From: Minisyncoccota bacterium
GTDB taxonomy: Bacteria > Patescibacteriota > Minisyncoccia > Phycocordibacterales > Phycocordibacteraceae
DNA length: 64,000 nucleotides
Reading direction: 5' to 3'
Assembly: GCA_041664265.1 (NCBI GenBank)
Contig: JBAYLD010000003.1
Span: forward strand, 7,988-71,987
The notes under the pieces are model-generated. The model was not told the DNA's origin and did not search any database. It saw only the letters and a program-made list of their open reading frames with translations. Position numbers and translations under genes: made by a program. Below, in pieces: positions 44,118 through 54,844 of this stretch (its first letter is position 1; each line of letters starts with the position of its first letter).

Positions 44118-44885
44118 TTATGAGAGCGTTATTGAGATAGGGCAGTGGTCGGAGCCATAAATGTCGGAGTGGATCTCGGCTCTCTTGATTTGCTTCATAA
44201 GCTCGCTCGCAACAAAAAAATAATCCAAGCGCCAGCCGACATTCCGGTCGCGCGCCCGACTCTTCAAATCCCAATAAGAATAGGCCTCTTTCGTTTGCGG
44301 ATGGAAATGGCGGAAGGAGTCAACGTATCCCGCATCTATTACCTCATCAATCCACGCGCGTTCTTGGGGGAGAAAGCCAGTATTCTCCTCATTTTCTTTC
44401 GGCCGTGCCAAGTCTATTTCTTCATGGGCGGTGTTCACATCGCCGCAGAATATGACCGGCTTCTGCTTTCGTAATTTTTTGGCAAAGGCGAGAAAAGCGT
44501 CATAAAATCGCATCTTATAATCAAGACGCTCGGGGCCCATCCCGCCGTTCGGGAAGTAAGCGTTCAGGAGCCAGAAATCCTCATATTCTGCGCCGACAAG
44601 GCGTCCTTCTTGGTCGAATTCTTGTATCCCCATGCCATACATCACCTGCAAAGGCTCGATTTTGGAGTAGAGCGCCACGCCGCTGTAACCCTTCTTGACC
44701 TGCGAAGAGGAGAAGAAAGATGAGAAGCCCGCCACCTCGCGCAGCCCATCTGGCAGCTGCTCCGGGCTCGCTTTGGTCTCTTGGAGGCAGAAAATGTCGG
44801 GCTTTGTGCCTCTCAAAAACTCCTCCCAGTAGCCATTCTTTGAGAGCGAGCGGAGCCCGTTCACGTTCCACGAGACGATCTTCAT
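44118..44885 (-). CDS. xthA: Exodeoxyribonuclease III / AP endonuclease
   Basis: MKIVSWNVNGLR start, catalytic DxN/H motifs (GDVNTAHEEID, SDHCP). Confidence 0.9.
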   Translation of the reverse strand: MKIVSWNVNGLRSLSKNGYWEEFLRGTKPDIFCLQETKASPEQLPDGLREVAGFSSFFSSSQVKKGYSGVALYSKIEPLQVMYGMGIQEFDQEGRLVGAEYEDFWLLNAYFPNGGMGPERLDYKMRFYDAFLAFAKKLRKQKPVIFCGDVNTAHEEIDLARPKENEENTGFLPQERAWIDEVIDAGYVDSFRHFHPQTKEAYSYWDLKSRARDRNVGWRLDYFFVASELMKQIKRAEIHSDIYGSDHCPISITLS

Positions 44886-44922
44886 GTAATCTTAGTATAC
44901 CGCGTGGTGATATGATGAATAC

Positions 44923-45396
44923 ATGACATTTATTATTTTAGGGAAACCATTGCTGTTTTGGTTTGGGCTCCTGGCGATCGTGAGTCTCATCTTTCAGTTC
45001 TATTTAGGATACAAGATAACGCACGGCCGCTCTGATTGGTTCAAATACCACAAGCTAAACGCGGGCATTCTCGGGCTTCTTGTTGGCGTGCATGTACTAT
45101 TCGGTCTCTCGCTCTATCTTTTTCCTCCCGCTCCTTCTTCTTTGGTGCCGCAAGGCACGGCGTCAGTGTCTATCGGTAGCTACGCCTTTGATCCAGAGAC
45201 GATAACTATCAAGAGGGGAGAGAGCGTGGTGTGGATTAATAACGATCCAATTTCGCACCAAATCTCGGGCGGGAGCATGAGTAGCCCCTTGTTTGGTAAG
45301 GGCGAGACATATACGTATGCCTTCGATACCGCCGGAACGTTCGAATATACCTGCAACATCCACCCATTCATGAAAGGGACGGTCGTAGTGAAATAG
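44923..45396 (+). CDS. Membrane-anchored cupredoxin-domain (blue copper) protein
   Basis: Two N-terminal TM helices then C-terminal ligand motif YTCNIHPFMKG (Cys-x2-His-x2-Met). Confidence 0.6.
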   Translation: MTFIILGKPLLFWFGLLAIVSLIFQFYLGYKITHGRSDWFKYHKLNAGILGLLVGVHVLFGLSLYLFPPAPSSLVPQGTASVSIGSYAFDPETITIKRGESVVWINNDPISHQISGGSMSSPLFGKGETYTYAFDTAGTFEYTCNIHPFMKGTVVVK

Positions 45397-45399
45397 TTT

Positions 45400-46305
45400 T
45401 TACGAGCCGCTACGGGAGTGATACTTCTTATGTATTTCACGCAGGTGCGCGTCGGTGATGTGCGTGTAGATCTGGGTGGTGTTGATCGAGGCGTGGCCGA
45501 GGAGCTGTTGCACTGAGCGGATATCGGCGCCGTTGTTGAGGAGGTCGGTCGCGAAGACGTGGCGGAGGACATGCGGCGTCATCTTCTTGGTGATGCCAGC
45601 CTTCATCGCATACTTCTTGATGATGCGTTCGACCGAGCGGGGCGTGAGGCGCGAGGGGATATTCTTCCCGACAGGGATGTTCACAAAAAGCGCCTCTGCC
45701 ATATCCTTGCGTGCTTTGAGATACACTGCGACGGCGCTCTTGGCAGCGGGGGAGAGGAAAACAACACGGACTTTCTCGCCCTTGCCGCGCACCGAGAACG
45801 AGTCTTGGGAGAGATCGAGGTCGTTATCGAGTGAACAGAGCTCAGAGACGCGGAGCCCGGTCGAGAAAAAGAGCTCTAAGATAGCTTTGTCGCGTACCTC
45901 GCAAAGCTCGGTGCCGTCGGTCGCTTCGAGAAGGCGCTTCAGCTCGGTGGGGGAGATAAGATCGAGCTCGCGCTCGGGGAGCTTGGCGAGCTCGATCTTC
46001 TCGGGCGAGATGGCACTGATGTCGCGCTTCCTTAAGAACTTCAAGAATGCGCGGAGGGCGATCATATAGTAGTTCTGGGTGCGACGCTTCATGGAGCCGC
46101 TGCCTGTGCCGGATTGGCGATTGAGCCAGAGGCGAAATTCGCGAATATTCTGCTCGGTGATGTCGCTGACGCTCTTTATCCCTATTTGGACGAAATAACG
46201 GGTGAGGTAGTGATCATAATTCTCAATAGTCTTTACCGCGCGCCCGCGCTCGATCTCAATATATTCAAGAAATTGCCGCTTTGCCGCTTCTGCTTCCATA
46301 GACAT
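45400..46305 (-). CDS. Tyrosine recombinase XerC/XerD
   Basis: Catalytic R..HxxR..Y pattern (RHVFAT, LGHASINTTQIYTH), SAM-like N-domain. Confidence 0.9.
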   Translation of the reverse strand: MSMEAEAAKRQFLEYIEIERGRAVKTIENYDHYLTRYFVQIGIKSVSDITEQNIREFRLWLNRQSGTGSGSMKRRTQNYYMIALRAFLKFLRKRDISAISPEKIELAKLPERELDLISPTELKRLLEATDGTELCEVRDKAILELFFSTGLRVSELCSLDNDLDLSQDSFSVRGKGEKVRVVFLSPAAKSAVAVYLKARKDMAEALFVNIPVGKNIPSRLTPRSVERIIKKYAMKAGITKKMTPHVLRHVFATDLLNNGADIRSVQQLLGHASINTTQIYTHITDAHLREIHKKYHSRSGS

Positions 46306-46382
46306 ATGATAACACTACGTCGCACAATATGTGATTACGCAAAACTTGCACATTTAGGCAAGGCGTGGTAAGGTGACGGGAC

Positions 46383-46649
46383 ATGCTTACCACGAAGAAA
46401 AAGACGGCGGTTATAAGCGGTATTGCCCGCCACGACACCGACACCGGCTCACCGGATGTGCAGGTCGCGCTCCTCTCGAAGCAGATTGATGAGCTCGCCA
46501 AGCACTTGAAGAAGAATCCGAAGGATATCCACTCGCGCCGCGGCCTCTTGCAGATGGTCGCCAACCGCCGGTCGCATCTCCGCTATCTTGAGGCCAACGA
46601 CAAGCGCCGCTACAATGCGGTGATCAAAAAGCTCGGTTTGAAGAAATAA
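46383..46649 (+). CDS. rpsO: 30S ribosomal protein S15
   Basis: GSPDVQVALLSKQI...HSRRGLLQMV signature. Confidence 0.9.
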   Translation: MLTTKKKTAVISGIARHDTDTGSPDVQVALLSKQIDELAKHLKKNPKDIHSRRGLLQMVANRRSHLRYLEANDKRRYNAVIKKLGLKK

Positions 46650-46736
46650 GTTTTTCTAAGTGGTATCATACGGATAGCTCCGCCAGCTGGCGGAGGGACA
46701 CGTTTTATTATTTTATTTACATAAGCATTTATTTAT

Positions 46737-47252
46737 ATGGCAGTTATCAAACATCCGGCTCAGCGTGTGGGCGTATTCATCGACACGCAAAATCTCTATC
46801 ACAGTGCCAAACATCTCTACAAGGCGCGCGTCAACTTCGGTAAGATTCTCGAAGAGGCCGTCGGTGGTCGTATCCTTGTGCGCGCGATCGCCTATGTGAT
46901 CTCGACCGAGAGCGGCGAAGAAAAGAACTTCTTTGAAGCGCTCACCAAGATGGGCATCGAGACCAAAGTGAAGGATCTCCAGATCTTCGCCGACGGCGCT
47001 AAGAAGGCCGACTGGGACGTTGGTTTGGCTATCGACGCGGTCAAGCTCGCCCCCAAGCTCGACACGGTCATCCTTGTTACGGGCGACGGTGATTTCGTCC
47101 CTTTGATCCAATATCTTGATATGAATGAAGGGTGCCAGGTTGAGGTTATCTCTTTCGGCAAATCTTCTTCAAGCAAGTTAAAAGAGGCGGCGCACGCCTT
47201 CACCGATATGTGCGACGACCCAAAGAAATTCACCATCTCCTCGCGCGGATAA
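46737..47252 (+). CDS. NYN domain (LabA-like, PIN-like) protein
   Basis: VGVFIDTQNL...VTGDGDF acidic motifs typical of NYN/LabA. Confidence 0.8.
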   Translation: MAVIKHPAQRVGVFIDTQNLYHSAKHLYKARVNFGKILEEAVGGRILVRAIAYVISTESGEEKNFFEALTKMGIETKVKDLQIFADGAKKADWDVGLAIDAVKLAPKLDTVILVTGDGDFVPLIQYLDMNEGCQVEVISFGKSSSSKLKEAAHAFTDMCDDPKKFTISSRG

Positions 47253-47292
47253 CGCACATTACGCTGTGCGGATGCGTTACTATAGAGAGTGA

Positions 47293-48375
47293 ATGGACAC
47301 TGAGGAAACCAAACTGAAAAAATATATCCGCACATTCGCGGGCGATATTGAGGCGGTGCAGAAGGGTAGTACACCCGATCTCGTCCCTCTTGCCGAGTCG
47401 AGACCACCCTCGCTAGAAACTCCACCGCTTCCGCCACCTCCACCACCCACAACGTCGGAGCCATCTCTTGTGCCGACACCAATCCCCGTATCGAATGTGG
47501 GACACGTGTCGATTTCTCCTTTATCTATCCCGATAGCGAAGGTTGAACCGCCTTCGTCGAAGCCTGACGTGTCTCCGCTTGAGACCTATGCGGGCGATTT
47601 TGCCGATCGGATGGAGAGCACGAACGCCTCGTCGGCGACCGTACTCGCCGCTGAACAAGATGCGGCGCCAAAAGTTCCCCAGCCTGTACAAAAATCTTCC
47701 CACGGCATTCTCTATGTTTGTGCGGGGATCGCGCTTCTTGTCGTCGGCGGATGGGGCATGTATGCCGCGTATACGCGCGATCTAGACATCGCTCCGTCCG
47801 CTCTGCTTGAGCCAGATGTCTCGCCAATATTCGTTGACGAGCGAGAGCGGATTTCAGGTACGGGTTCCGTGCTTCTGCGCGCAATCGAACAGTCGGCAAG
47901 CCGCCCGCTTGCTCCTGGTGCCGTTCGGCTCCTCTCTCTTGCCGACACAGTCGACACCAGCATCTTCTCTGCGCTCCAGTTCCCGGCGCCCGATAAGCTC
48001 CTGCGCAATGTCGATGATGCAGGAAGCATAGCTGGGGTGTTAGATATCGGTGACAAACAAAATCCGTTTTTTATACTTGCCGTCGTTTCGTATGGCGAAA
48101 CTTTTTCTGGCATGCTCTCGTGGGAGCCAGTGATGCCGCGCGATCTCGCACAACTATTTCCTTTGTACTCTGTGGCATCAACGACAGCGACGACGACTAC
48201 GGCCGGATTCCGGGATGAGGCCGTCCAGAATCATGATATACGCGTCTATCGCGATGCGACCGGCCGAAGCATTATCGCCTATGGCTACCGCGACCAGAGG
48301 ACACTCGTCATCGCGCGCGACCCGGCGGCATGGGGCGAGATAGCAGACCGACTTGCCTCCTCACGAACACGCTGA
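47293..48375 (+). CDS. Hypothetical membrane protein with Pro-rich N-terminal region and one TM
   Basis: PPLPPPPPPT stretch, TM GILYVCAGIALLVVGGWGMYAAY. Confidence 0.5.
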   Translation: MDTEETKLKKYIRTFAGDIEAVQKGSTPDLVPLAESRPPSLETPPLPPPPPPTTSEPSLVPTPIPVSNVGHVSISPLSIPIAKVEPPSSKPDVSPLETYAGDFADRMESTNASSATVLAAEQDAAPKVPQPVQKSSHGILYVCAGIALLVVGGWGMYAAYTRDLDIAPSALLEPDVSPIFVDERERISGTGSVLLRAIEQSASRPLAPGAVRLLSLADTVDTSIFSALQFPAPDKLLRNVDDAGSIAGVLDIGDKQNPFFILAVVSYGETFSGMLSWEPVMPRDLAQLFPLYSVASTTATTTTAGFRDEAVQNHDIRVYRDATGRSIIAYGYRDQRTLVIARDPAAWGEIADRLASSRTR

Positions 48376-48399
48376 CAACTATCTGCTATCATCCAAACC

Positions 48400-48750
48400 A
48401 TGCAAACAACTTATTTCAAAGCAAAACTTGAAGCGGAGAAGACGAAGTTAGAATCAGAGATGGGAAGCGTCGGACGCAAGAATACGGCGGTTCCGAACGA
48501 TTGGGAGCCGGTACCCTCCGAGATTGGCACCGAGGCGGATCTTATCGATCAGGCCGATGTCATCGTGAGTCATGAAGGCAATGCCGCTATCCTCGCCGAT
48601 CTCGAGGCGCGCTATGACACGGTTCTCGCCGCTCTTTCGAGAATTGAGGGACATACCTATGGAATGTGCGAAGTGTGCGGCGGGATGATAGAAGATGTAC
48701 GTCTTGAGGCTGATCCCGCTGCCGAGACCTGCATCGCGCACGTATCCTAG
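48400..48750 (+). CDS. DksA/TraR-family C4-type zinc finger protein
   Basis: C-terminal CxxC-x17-CxxH-like finger [25 protein letters not shown], coiled-coil N-terminus. Confidence 0.75.
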   Translation: MQTTYFKAKLEAEKTKLESEMGSVGRKNTAVPNDWEPVPSEIGTEADLIDQADVIVSHEGNAAILADLEARYDTVLAALSRIEGHTYGMCEVCGGMIEDVRLEADPAAETCIAHVS

Positions 48751-48869
48751 CAATGCCCGCTCCTTCACCCAAAGCTTCGAAGGGCACCGTGCCCCCTCTT
48801 CAGAAAAAGAAGATACCGAAGCTCGGGTACGCAAAGACGCTTGCTGCGCAGCCGGTCGGGTCGGGTGCA

Positions 48870-50333
48870 GAAATGGTCGTCGTCGAGGCCGATCTCACGC
48901 GCGGTCTGCACAACTTCTCGGTAGTCGGCCTCGCTGACAAGGCGGTTGAAGAGGCTCGCGATAGGGTGAGCGCCGCGATCCGCCATTCCGGCTACAAGCC
49001 GCCCAAGCAACAGAACAAGCGTATCGTCCTCTCGCTCTCGCCGGCCGATTTGAAAAAAGAGGGTTCGCATTATGATCTCGCACTCGCGCTTGCGTATCTT
49101 ATTGCCGCGGGCGATTTAAAACCGCTCATCGAAGATATGCTCTTTATTGGTGAACTCGCTCTCGATGGGGGAGTGCGAGCGGTGCGCGGTGTGCTCCCAC
49201 AAGTGTTAGTGGCAAAGCGCAAAGGGGTCAAAACTATTTTTGTACCGACAGGAAACGCGCGCGAGGCGCTTCTTGCTGAGGACGTCGCGATTTATGCACC
49301 AGCAACACTCTCAGAGCTTCTCGAGCACTTGAATGGAGAAAAGAAGTTACCGCGCCTCACGCGCGATCGACAGGTGCCAGCTCCGCCGCCCGCCCTCGAC
49401 CTCGCTGATGTGAAGGGGCAGGAGAGTGCTAAACGCGCGCTTGAGATAGCCGCCGCCGGTCGTCACAATATCGTCTTTTACGGTCCGCCTGGGACGGGTA
49501 AAACAATGCTTGCCCGCGCGCTCGCGGGCATCCTCCCGCCTCTCTCTGACGACGACATGCTTGAGGTAACGGCGATCCACTCAACGGCAGGGTTGCTTGC
49601 TGACGGTGAAGCAGTGCATTGGCCGCCGTTTCGCGCGCCTCACCACTCGATATCGCACGTCGCGATCGTGGGCGGCGGCACCTTCCCGAAGGCGGGCGAG
49701 GTGACGCTCGCACACAAGGGCGTCCTTTTCTTAGACGAATTCCCCGAGTTCGATTCGCGCACGCTCGAGGCGCTCCGGCAACCGCTCGAGGACCGTATCG
49801 TTACGGTCTCGCGCGCCCGGGCGACCATCACCTTCCCGGCCGACTGCATGATTGTCGCGGCGATGAATCCGGCGAACACGCTCTCTGAAGATTCTCGCGC
49901 CACCTTTCGCGCGGCGGTGAAGCAGGCGCGCCGCATCAGCCGGCCCATCGTTGACCGCTTGGATCTCTGGATCGAGGTGCCGCTCGTCCCGCACGACACT
50001 CTCGCGAAACTTTCAACCGGCGAATCATCTGCAAAAGTGCGTGAACGCGTAGTCGCCGCCCGCACGCGGGCTGAAAAAAGGACAGGCAAACAGGGTATGA
50101 CGAACGCGGCACTCTCGGGCCGCCAGCTCGACGAGAAAAGCGGTTTTAGCGTCGTGGCGAAAGAGGCACTGACGAACGCCGCCGCACGCCTGCATCTCTC
50201 GCCGCGCAGCTATCACCGCACGATGCGCGTTGCGCGCACGATCGCCGACCTTGCCGGCGCCGACACGGTTACCCCCGCCTTTGTTCACGAAGCGCTCCAG
50301 TATCGCCCCCGTGGCCTCTTCGGGTTTGAATGA
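48870..50333 (+). CDS. comM: YifB/ComM family Mg-chelatase-like AAA+ ATPase
   Basis: ChlI-type Walker [10 protein letters not shown], Walker [11 protein letters not shown]-terminal Mg_chelatase_C; start at MVVVEAD inside ORF 48753-50333. Confidence 0.85.
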   Translation, partial: EMVVVEADLTRGLHNFSVVGLADKAVEEARDRVSAAIRHSGYKPPKQQNKRIVLSLSPADLKKEGSHYDLALALAYLIAAGDLKPLIEDMLFIGELALDGGVRAVRGVLPQVLVAKRKGVKTIFVPTGNAREALLAEDVAIYAPATLSELLEHLNGEKKLPRLTRDRQVPAPPPALDLADVKGQESAKRALEIAAAGRHNIVFYGPPGTGKTMLARALAGILPPLSDDDMLEVTAIHSTAGLLADGEAVHWPPFRAPHHSISHVAIVGGGTFPKAGEVTLAHKGVLFLDEFPEFDSRTLEALRQPLEDRIVTVSRARATITFPADCMIVAAMNPANTLSEDSRATFRAAVKQARRISRPIVDRLDLWIEVPLVPHDTLAKLSTGESSAKVRERVVAARTRAEKRTGKQGMTNAALSGRQLDEKSGFSVVAKEALTNAAARLHLSPRSYHRTMRVARTIADLAGADTVTPAFVHEALQYRPRGLFGFE

Positions 50334-50359
50334 AATCTAGACGTTTAAATCTTTGAATA

Positions 50360-51390
50360 TCACTGAGGAGAGCAGACTCTGCCGACGGTGCAGGTGCGCA
50401 GCGGATTCGTCGCACCGCGCACTTCGAAGTGGAGGTGGGTGCCGGTCGATCGGCCGGTCGATCCGACATAGCCGATGACCTGTCCTTGTACCACAGATTG
50501 CCCGACGCTCACCGAATTTTTGTTGTTGTGGGAATAGAGCGTTTGCGTTCCGTTGGAGTGCTGGATCACGATGTAGTTCCCATATCCGCCGTTCCAACCG
50601 CCACCTCCGCGTACGACAATGACGGTGCCGTTTGCTGCCGCATATATCGGCGTGCCGCGCGGTGCGCCAAGATCGATACCATTCCACCCGTGGATACCTT
50701 GAGTGAGAATGGCGCCCGGCAGAGGATTGATGAAGAAGCCCGGCAAGAACTTCCCGCTCCCTCCTTGATACGAGGGGGTGAACGAATCACGGCCGATCGA
50801 AGTTTTTCCGGCGGGGACAGTGGCGGAAAGCTCTCCGCCCGGGATGATGATCGTCGAGCCGATAGCGAGGGGCTTCCCGGAGTCAAGGCCGTTAAAGGTC
50901 GCGATCTCGTCAGCGTCAGCGCCATATTTTTTTGCGAGCGACTTCAAGGTATCGCCCTTTACTACCGTGCGCTCGACGCCGGAGACCGGTAGGATAATGA
51001 GCGTATCGCCCGAATGCACGTCGCGTGCGCTCTTGAGGTTATTTGCCCATAAAACGGTATTCATCGAAACGCCGAACATGTCCGCGATGTCAGAGAGCGT
51101 ATCGCCCGGGCGTACGACATATACTGAGATGCGGTCAGACGGTGCCGCGCCTGCGACATCGGCGATCGTGCCGGACGGGCCAGTATAGGCGAGGAGGGCG
51201 ACGTCTCCGCTCGTTTGGAGATGGTCGCTTAGTCCCTTGTTCGGGTTCGGATCAAGGTTTGTTGCGGCCTTCAGGTAGTAGGGCGGAGCCGACGAATCAG
51301 GGGTATGTGCTGCCGATGTAGCGCCGGCCGATTGTGAAAACGGCCAGAACGCGTCAACGTGGCTCGGTATACTCAGTATGGCGGACGCGA
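50360..51390 (-). CDS. LysM-domain M23 family peptidoglycan endopeptidase; ORF continues upstream of track start (51079) through a second LysM and a TM/signal segment, with no in-frame ATG (non-canonical start or indel)
   Basis: M23 motifs HxxxD / HLHFEV, LysM repeats (GDTLSDIA, GDTLKSLA); upstream frame open to ~51390 by manual translation. Confidence 0.7.
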
Positions 51391-51652
51391 TAATCGCGAT
51401 CCCCGGTATAAAAATCTGTTGGTAGGATTTGATAGGTAAACAAGGGGAAACGGTGGATCAGCGCATACAAAAATGGCTTACATACAAGATATAAGCCATT
51501 TCTTTCATACAACCTTAATCAGCGATACCACGAGTATAGCCGAAGAGGGGTGGGAGTCAACCGCCTCTCCGGATGCCTGTGGAGAGTGATTTATAAGGTA
51601 TACCCAGCACTCACGGTGAGAAATTTTACCGTTATCCTTTGTGTGAGGGTGA

Positions 51653-53587
51653 GTGCTCGGGTATATTTGGGTAGTGAAATACCTTGAAGGATTAAACGAA
51701 GCGCAAAAACGCGCGGTGCTCGAGACAAGCGGCCCTATTTCAGTCTTAGCTGGCGCCGGGAGCGGCAAGACGCGCGTCTTGACGACGCGGATCTATCATC
51801 TTATCCGCGAAGGAGTGCCCGCGGAGCAGATTCTCGCGGTCACGTTTACCAACAAGGCGGCCCGCGAGATGCGTGCTCGTGTGCGCGCGATGTTGGGAGA
51901 GGGAGGGGTGGTTCCTTTCATTGCGACCTTCCACGGTCTTGGGCGCGAGCTTCTTGAGAGTTATGGGAGCACTATCGGCATCTCACGTTTTTTCAACATC
52001 TATGATCGTGCTGATTCAGAAAAAGTGATTGCAGCGGCGCTGAAGAGCCTTGATGTCGAGACGAAAGAGCTCTCACCGCGCGCAGTGATGGCGCGTATCT
52101 CGCGCCAGAAGGGTGAGGGCATGCGCGCGCCAGAGTTTTATGAGAAGCAGAGCCGCGGCAGTTTTGGTGCGCGCATCGTTGCCGAAGTGTGGCTGCGGTA
52201 TGAGAAGGCTCTCAAAGAAGAGAAATCACTTGATTTTGATGATCTCATTGCGCTCCCGGTGCGATTGCTCGAGGAGCATGCCGACATCCGGGCGCTCGCG
52301 CAGGCGCGCTGGAACTATATCCATATTGACGAATACCAGGATACGAACAGTTTGCAGGAGCAGTTAGCAGGAATCCTCGCGGAGAAACACCAGAATCTCT
52401 TTGTCGTGGGAGATGGCGACCAAGCGATCTACGGGTGGCGCGGTGCGAAGATGGAAAATATCTTGAACTTCGAGAAGAAATATCCCCAGGCGCAGACGAT
52501 TATCCTTGAGCGCAATTATCGCTCGACGAAGAATCTGGTGGACGCGGCAAATGCGGTCATCGAGAAGAATAAGAACCGTAAGGAAAAACGTTCAACGACC
52601 GAACAAGCGGCAGGCGAACCGATTATCGTGCATATGTCGGTAAACGCTGAAGATGAGGCACGCTGGATCGCGCGACGAGTACAGCACTTGATGTCAGAAG
52701 GGCAGAAACCTGAAGATATGGCGATACTCTTCCGCACGAACTTCCAATCGCGCGCGCTCGAAGAAGGGTTGCTGAACGCTGGTGTGCCGTACCGGCTGCT
52801 CGGTACGCACTTCTTCGCGCGCAAGGAGGTGAAGGACGCGCTCAGCTGGATGCGGCTCGCGCTCGACCCTTCGCGTGAGGCGGACAAGATGCGCGCGGCC
52901 TCTTCGCCACCGCGCGGCATCGGCAAGGTAACGCTCGGCAAGCTCGTCGAGGGACAGCGCGCCCTATTGCGCGCAGGCGAGCTTGGTAAAGTCGAACAGT
53001 TTGAACGCGTTATAACAGAGCTCGCGAATGCCGTGGAGACACTCGTGCCTTCTGAATTCGTAAAATTAGTGATCGAGAAGAGCGGTATGCGCCGGGCCCT
53101 TCTTGACGAGGGGAGCGAAGAAGATCGGGAGCGATTTGAGAATATTGAGGAGCTCGCCTCGGTCGCCGTGCGGCATGACGGCGCAGTAGGGAAGGAGGGT
53201 ATTGCAGCGTTTCTCGCTGAAGCGGTACTGGCGGGCGACCAAGACGAGATGGATCGCCCCCAAAGCCCACAAGGAGTCACCTTGATGACCGTTCATGCGG
53301 CGAAAGGGCTCGAGTTCGACACGGTCTTTGTGAGCGGGATGGAGGAGGGGCTCTTCCCGCACCAAGGTATGGGTGACAGTAATCGCGACGATGAAGAGGA
53401 GCGCCGGCTCTTCTATGTCGCGATGACGCGCGCCAAGGTGCGCCTCATTCTCACTCTCGCGCATATCCGCAAGATCTACGGGAGTGACACGTATGCGGCC
53501 CCTTCTTCCTTCCTTGCCGACATCGATCCGGCACTGATGGTCTATGACGAGACGGACGGAGAGAATGTTATCGACATGTGCGCCTAA
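51653..53587 (+). CDS. UvrD/PcrA/Rep-family ATP-dependent DNA helicase
   Basis: Walker A AGAGSGKT, helicase motifs (DEYQDTN, VGDGDQAIYGWRGA, VHAAKGLEFD). Confidence 0.9.
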   Translation: MLGYIWVVKYLEGLNEAQKRAVLETSGPISVLAGAGSGKTRVLTTRIYHLIREGVPAEQILAVTFTNKAAREMRARVRAMLGEGGVVPFIATFHGLGRELLESYGSTIGISRFFNIYDRADSEKVIAAALKSLDVETKELSPRAVMARISRQKGEGMRAPEFYEKQSRGSFGARIVAEVWLRYEKALKEEKSLDFDDLIALPVRLLEEHADIRALAQARWNYIHIDEYQDTNSLQEQLAGILAEKHQNLFVVGDGDQAIYGWRGAKMENILNFEKKYPQAQTIILERNYRSTKNLVDAANAVIEKNKNRKEKRSTTEQAAGEPIIVHMSVNAEDEARWIARRVQHLMSEGQKPEDMAILFRTNFQSRALEEGLLNAGVPYRLLGTHFFARKEVKDALSWMRLALDPSREADKMRAASSPPRGIGKVTLGKLVEGQRALLRAGELGKVEQFERVITELANAVETLVPSEFVKLVIEKSGMRRALLDEGSEEDRERFENIEELASVAVRHDGAVGKEGIAAFLAEAVLAGDQDEMDRPQSPQGVTLMTVHAAKGLEFDTVFVSGMEEGLFPHQGMGDSNRDDEEERRLFYVAMTRAKVRLILTLAHIRKIYGSDTYAAPSSFLADIDPALMVYDETDGENVIDMCA

Positions 53588-53591
53588 TGTC

Positions 53592-54251
53592 TTACGGCAA
53601 CACGAATGTCGCCGTGCGAATTTTTTCTCTACGTTCGCCTCCTCTCGTCGCTTTGTAAATCTCCGCCGAGATTGTCTTTGTTGAAGCGTCGAACGAAACA
53701 GTGAAATTTCCGCCGCCAAGGCCCGCGCTTTCCTGATAGGTTTCTACGCTCGAGAGCTTCGAGTTCGGGACGCTTTTGATCGAAGATTTTCCGACTTCGT
53801 AATAAAATATCTCGTTGAGATTGGTCGAGATGGCATACGTGTCTGATTCAATATATCCGTCATCTAACCTCAAATTAGCGCCCTCTCCGATCTTTCTCCA
53901 GTTTTCTCTGTCTACCAAGAGGAAAGTGGTTCCCTTTGGGGTACCGCAACCGATAAGCGCTCTGAACGGATCGTAATATTTCAGCACACAACTAGAGATC
54001 GGCTGAGTAAGAAGTCCGATCGTGTCGTTTCCGAGCGTGTCGTAATACGCGCCCACGAGCTTTTTCTCCTCGGAGGAGAGATTCTCATAGAAGGCCTTTT
54101 CGCCAAGCAGGATCTCGCTTTGGGTTGCTGGACTGTATCCGGAATTTTTCCGTGTCTCCTGCGCATACATCCATACCCCGATACCGACGAGAACGACAAC
54201 AACAAACATAAGTACAAATACAGAGACAGAACTTTTTCTGGAATTTTCCAT
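53592..54251 (-). CDS. Hypothetical membrane-anchored protein (one N-terminal TM)
   Basis: TM VFVLMFVVVVLVGIGVWMY; no motif. Confidence 0.5.
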   Translation of the reverse strand: MENSRKSSVSVFVLMFVVVVLVGIGVWMYAQETRKNSGYSPATQSEILLGEKAFYENLSSEEKKLVGAYYDTLGNDTIGLLTQPISSCVLKYYDPFRALIGCGTPKGTTFLLVDRENWRKIGEGANLRLDDGYIESDTYAISTNLNEIFYYEVGKSSIKSVPNSKLSSVETYQESAGLGGGNFTVSFDASTKTISAEIYKATRGGERREKIRTATFVLP

Positions 54252-54329
54252 GTCAGAAGTGTACTCCTGGAATATTAATTCTCAATGAGATCATTGCATC
54301 TTAATCCGCAGGTGATACACTTTTGATAT

Positions 54330-54575
54330 ATGGCTACAACAAAGGAACGGATTTTGGTGACCCTTACGCCCGAGATGTCTCGGGAATTAAAGGCACGTGC
54401 TAAACGTGAAAAAAGTCCTCGAGCAACAATTGCAACACGTCTGCTTCGAGATGCGATAGAAGATATTTCTGACGAAGAAGACCGTTACCTCTCAGTAGTC
54501 GGTGACCGGATACTTGCAACAACGAAACGTTGGTATTCGCACGAAGAAGTTTGGGGGAAGAATTGTGGGAAATAA
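54330..54575 (+). CDS. Type II antitoxin (ribbon-helix-helix/RelB-DinJ-like)
   Basis: Small acidic protein with N-terminal RHH-like region, immediately upstream of RelE/ParE-like ORF. Confidence 0.6.
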   Translation: MATTKERILVTLTPEMSRELKARAKREKSPRATIATRLLRDAIEDISDEEDRYLSVVGDRILATTKRWYSHEEVWGKNCGK

Positions 54576-54580
54576 AACCC

Positions 54581-54844
54581 ATGTACCAAATCCAATACTC
54601 GGGTCATGTACGATCTGTAGAAATTCCTAAGCTGGATCCTGCGATAAGGATGGTCATCCTGCAGGCAATTGAACTCAAGCTCATGACCGCACCTGAAGTG
54701 TTTGGAAAACCTCTTCGACATACGCTACGTTTGTTGCGAGCGCTTCGTGTTGGTGATTGGCGGGTAGTCTATCAGCTCTCGGGCGAGGTTGTGTACGTGG
54801 TGACCATCCGACACCGCAGACAAGGCTATGACGATCTTTCATAA
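54581..54844 (+). CDS. RelE/ParE family type II toxin
   Basis: C-terminal RVGDWRVVYQLSGEVVYVVTIRHRRQGY signature; start at MYQIQYS inside ORF 54530-54844. Confidence 0.7.
   Translation: MYQIQYSGHVRSVEIPKLDPAIRMVILQAIELKLMTAPEVFGKPLRHTLRLLRALRVGDWRVVYQLSGEVVYVVTIRHRRQGYDDLS

Noticed and set aside
52516-53280. 254-aa minus-strand ORF antisense to the UvrD/PcrA helicase gene
   Set aside because: Helicase motifs unambiguous on plus strand; antisense ORF Ser/Arg-rich.
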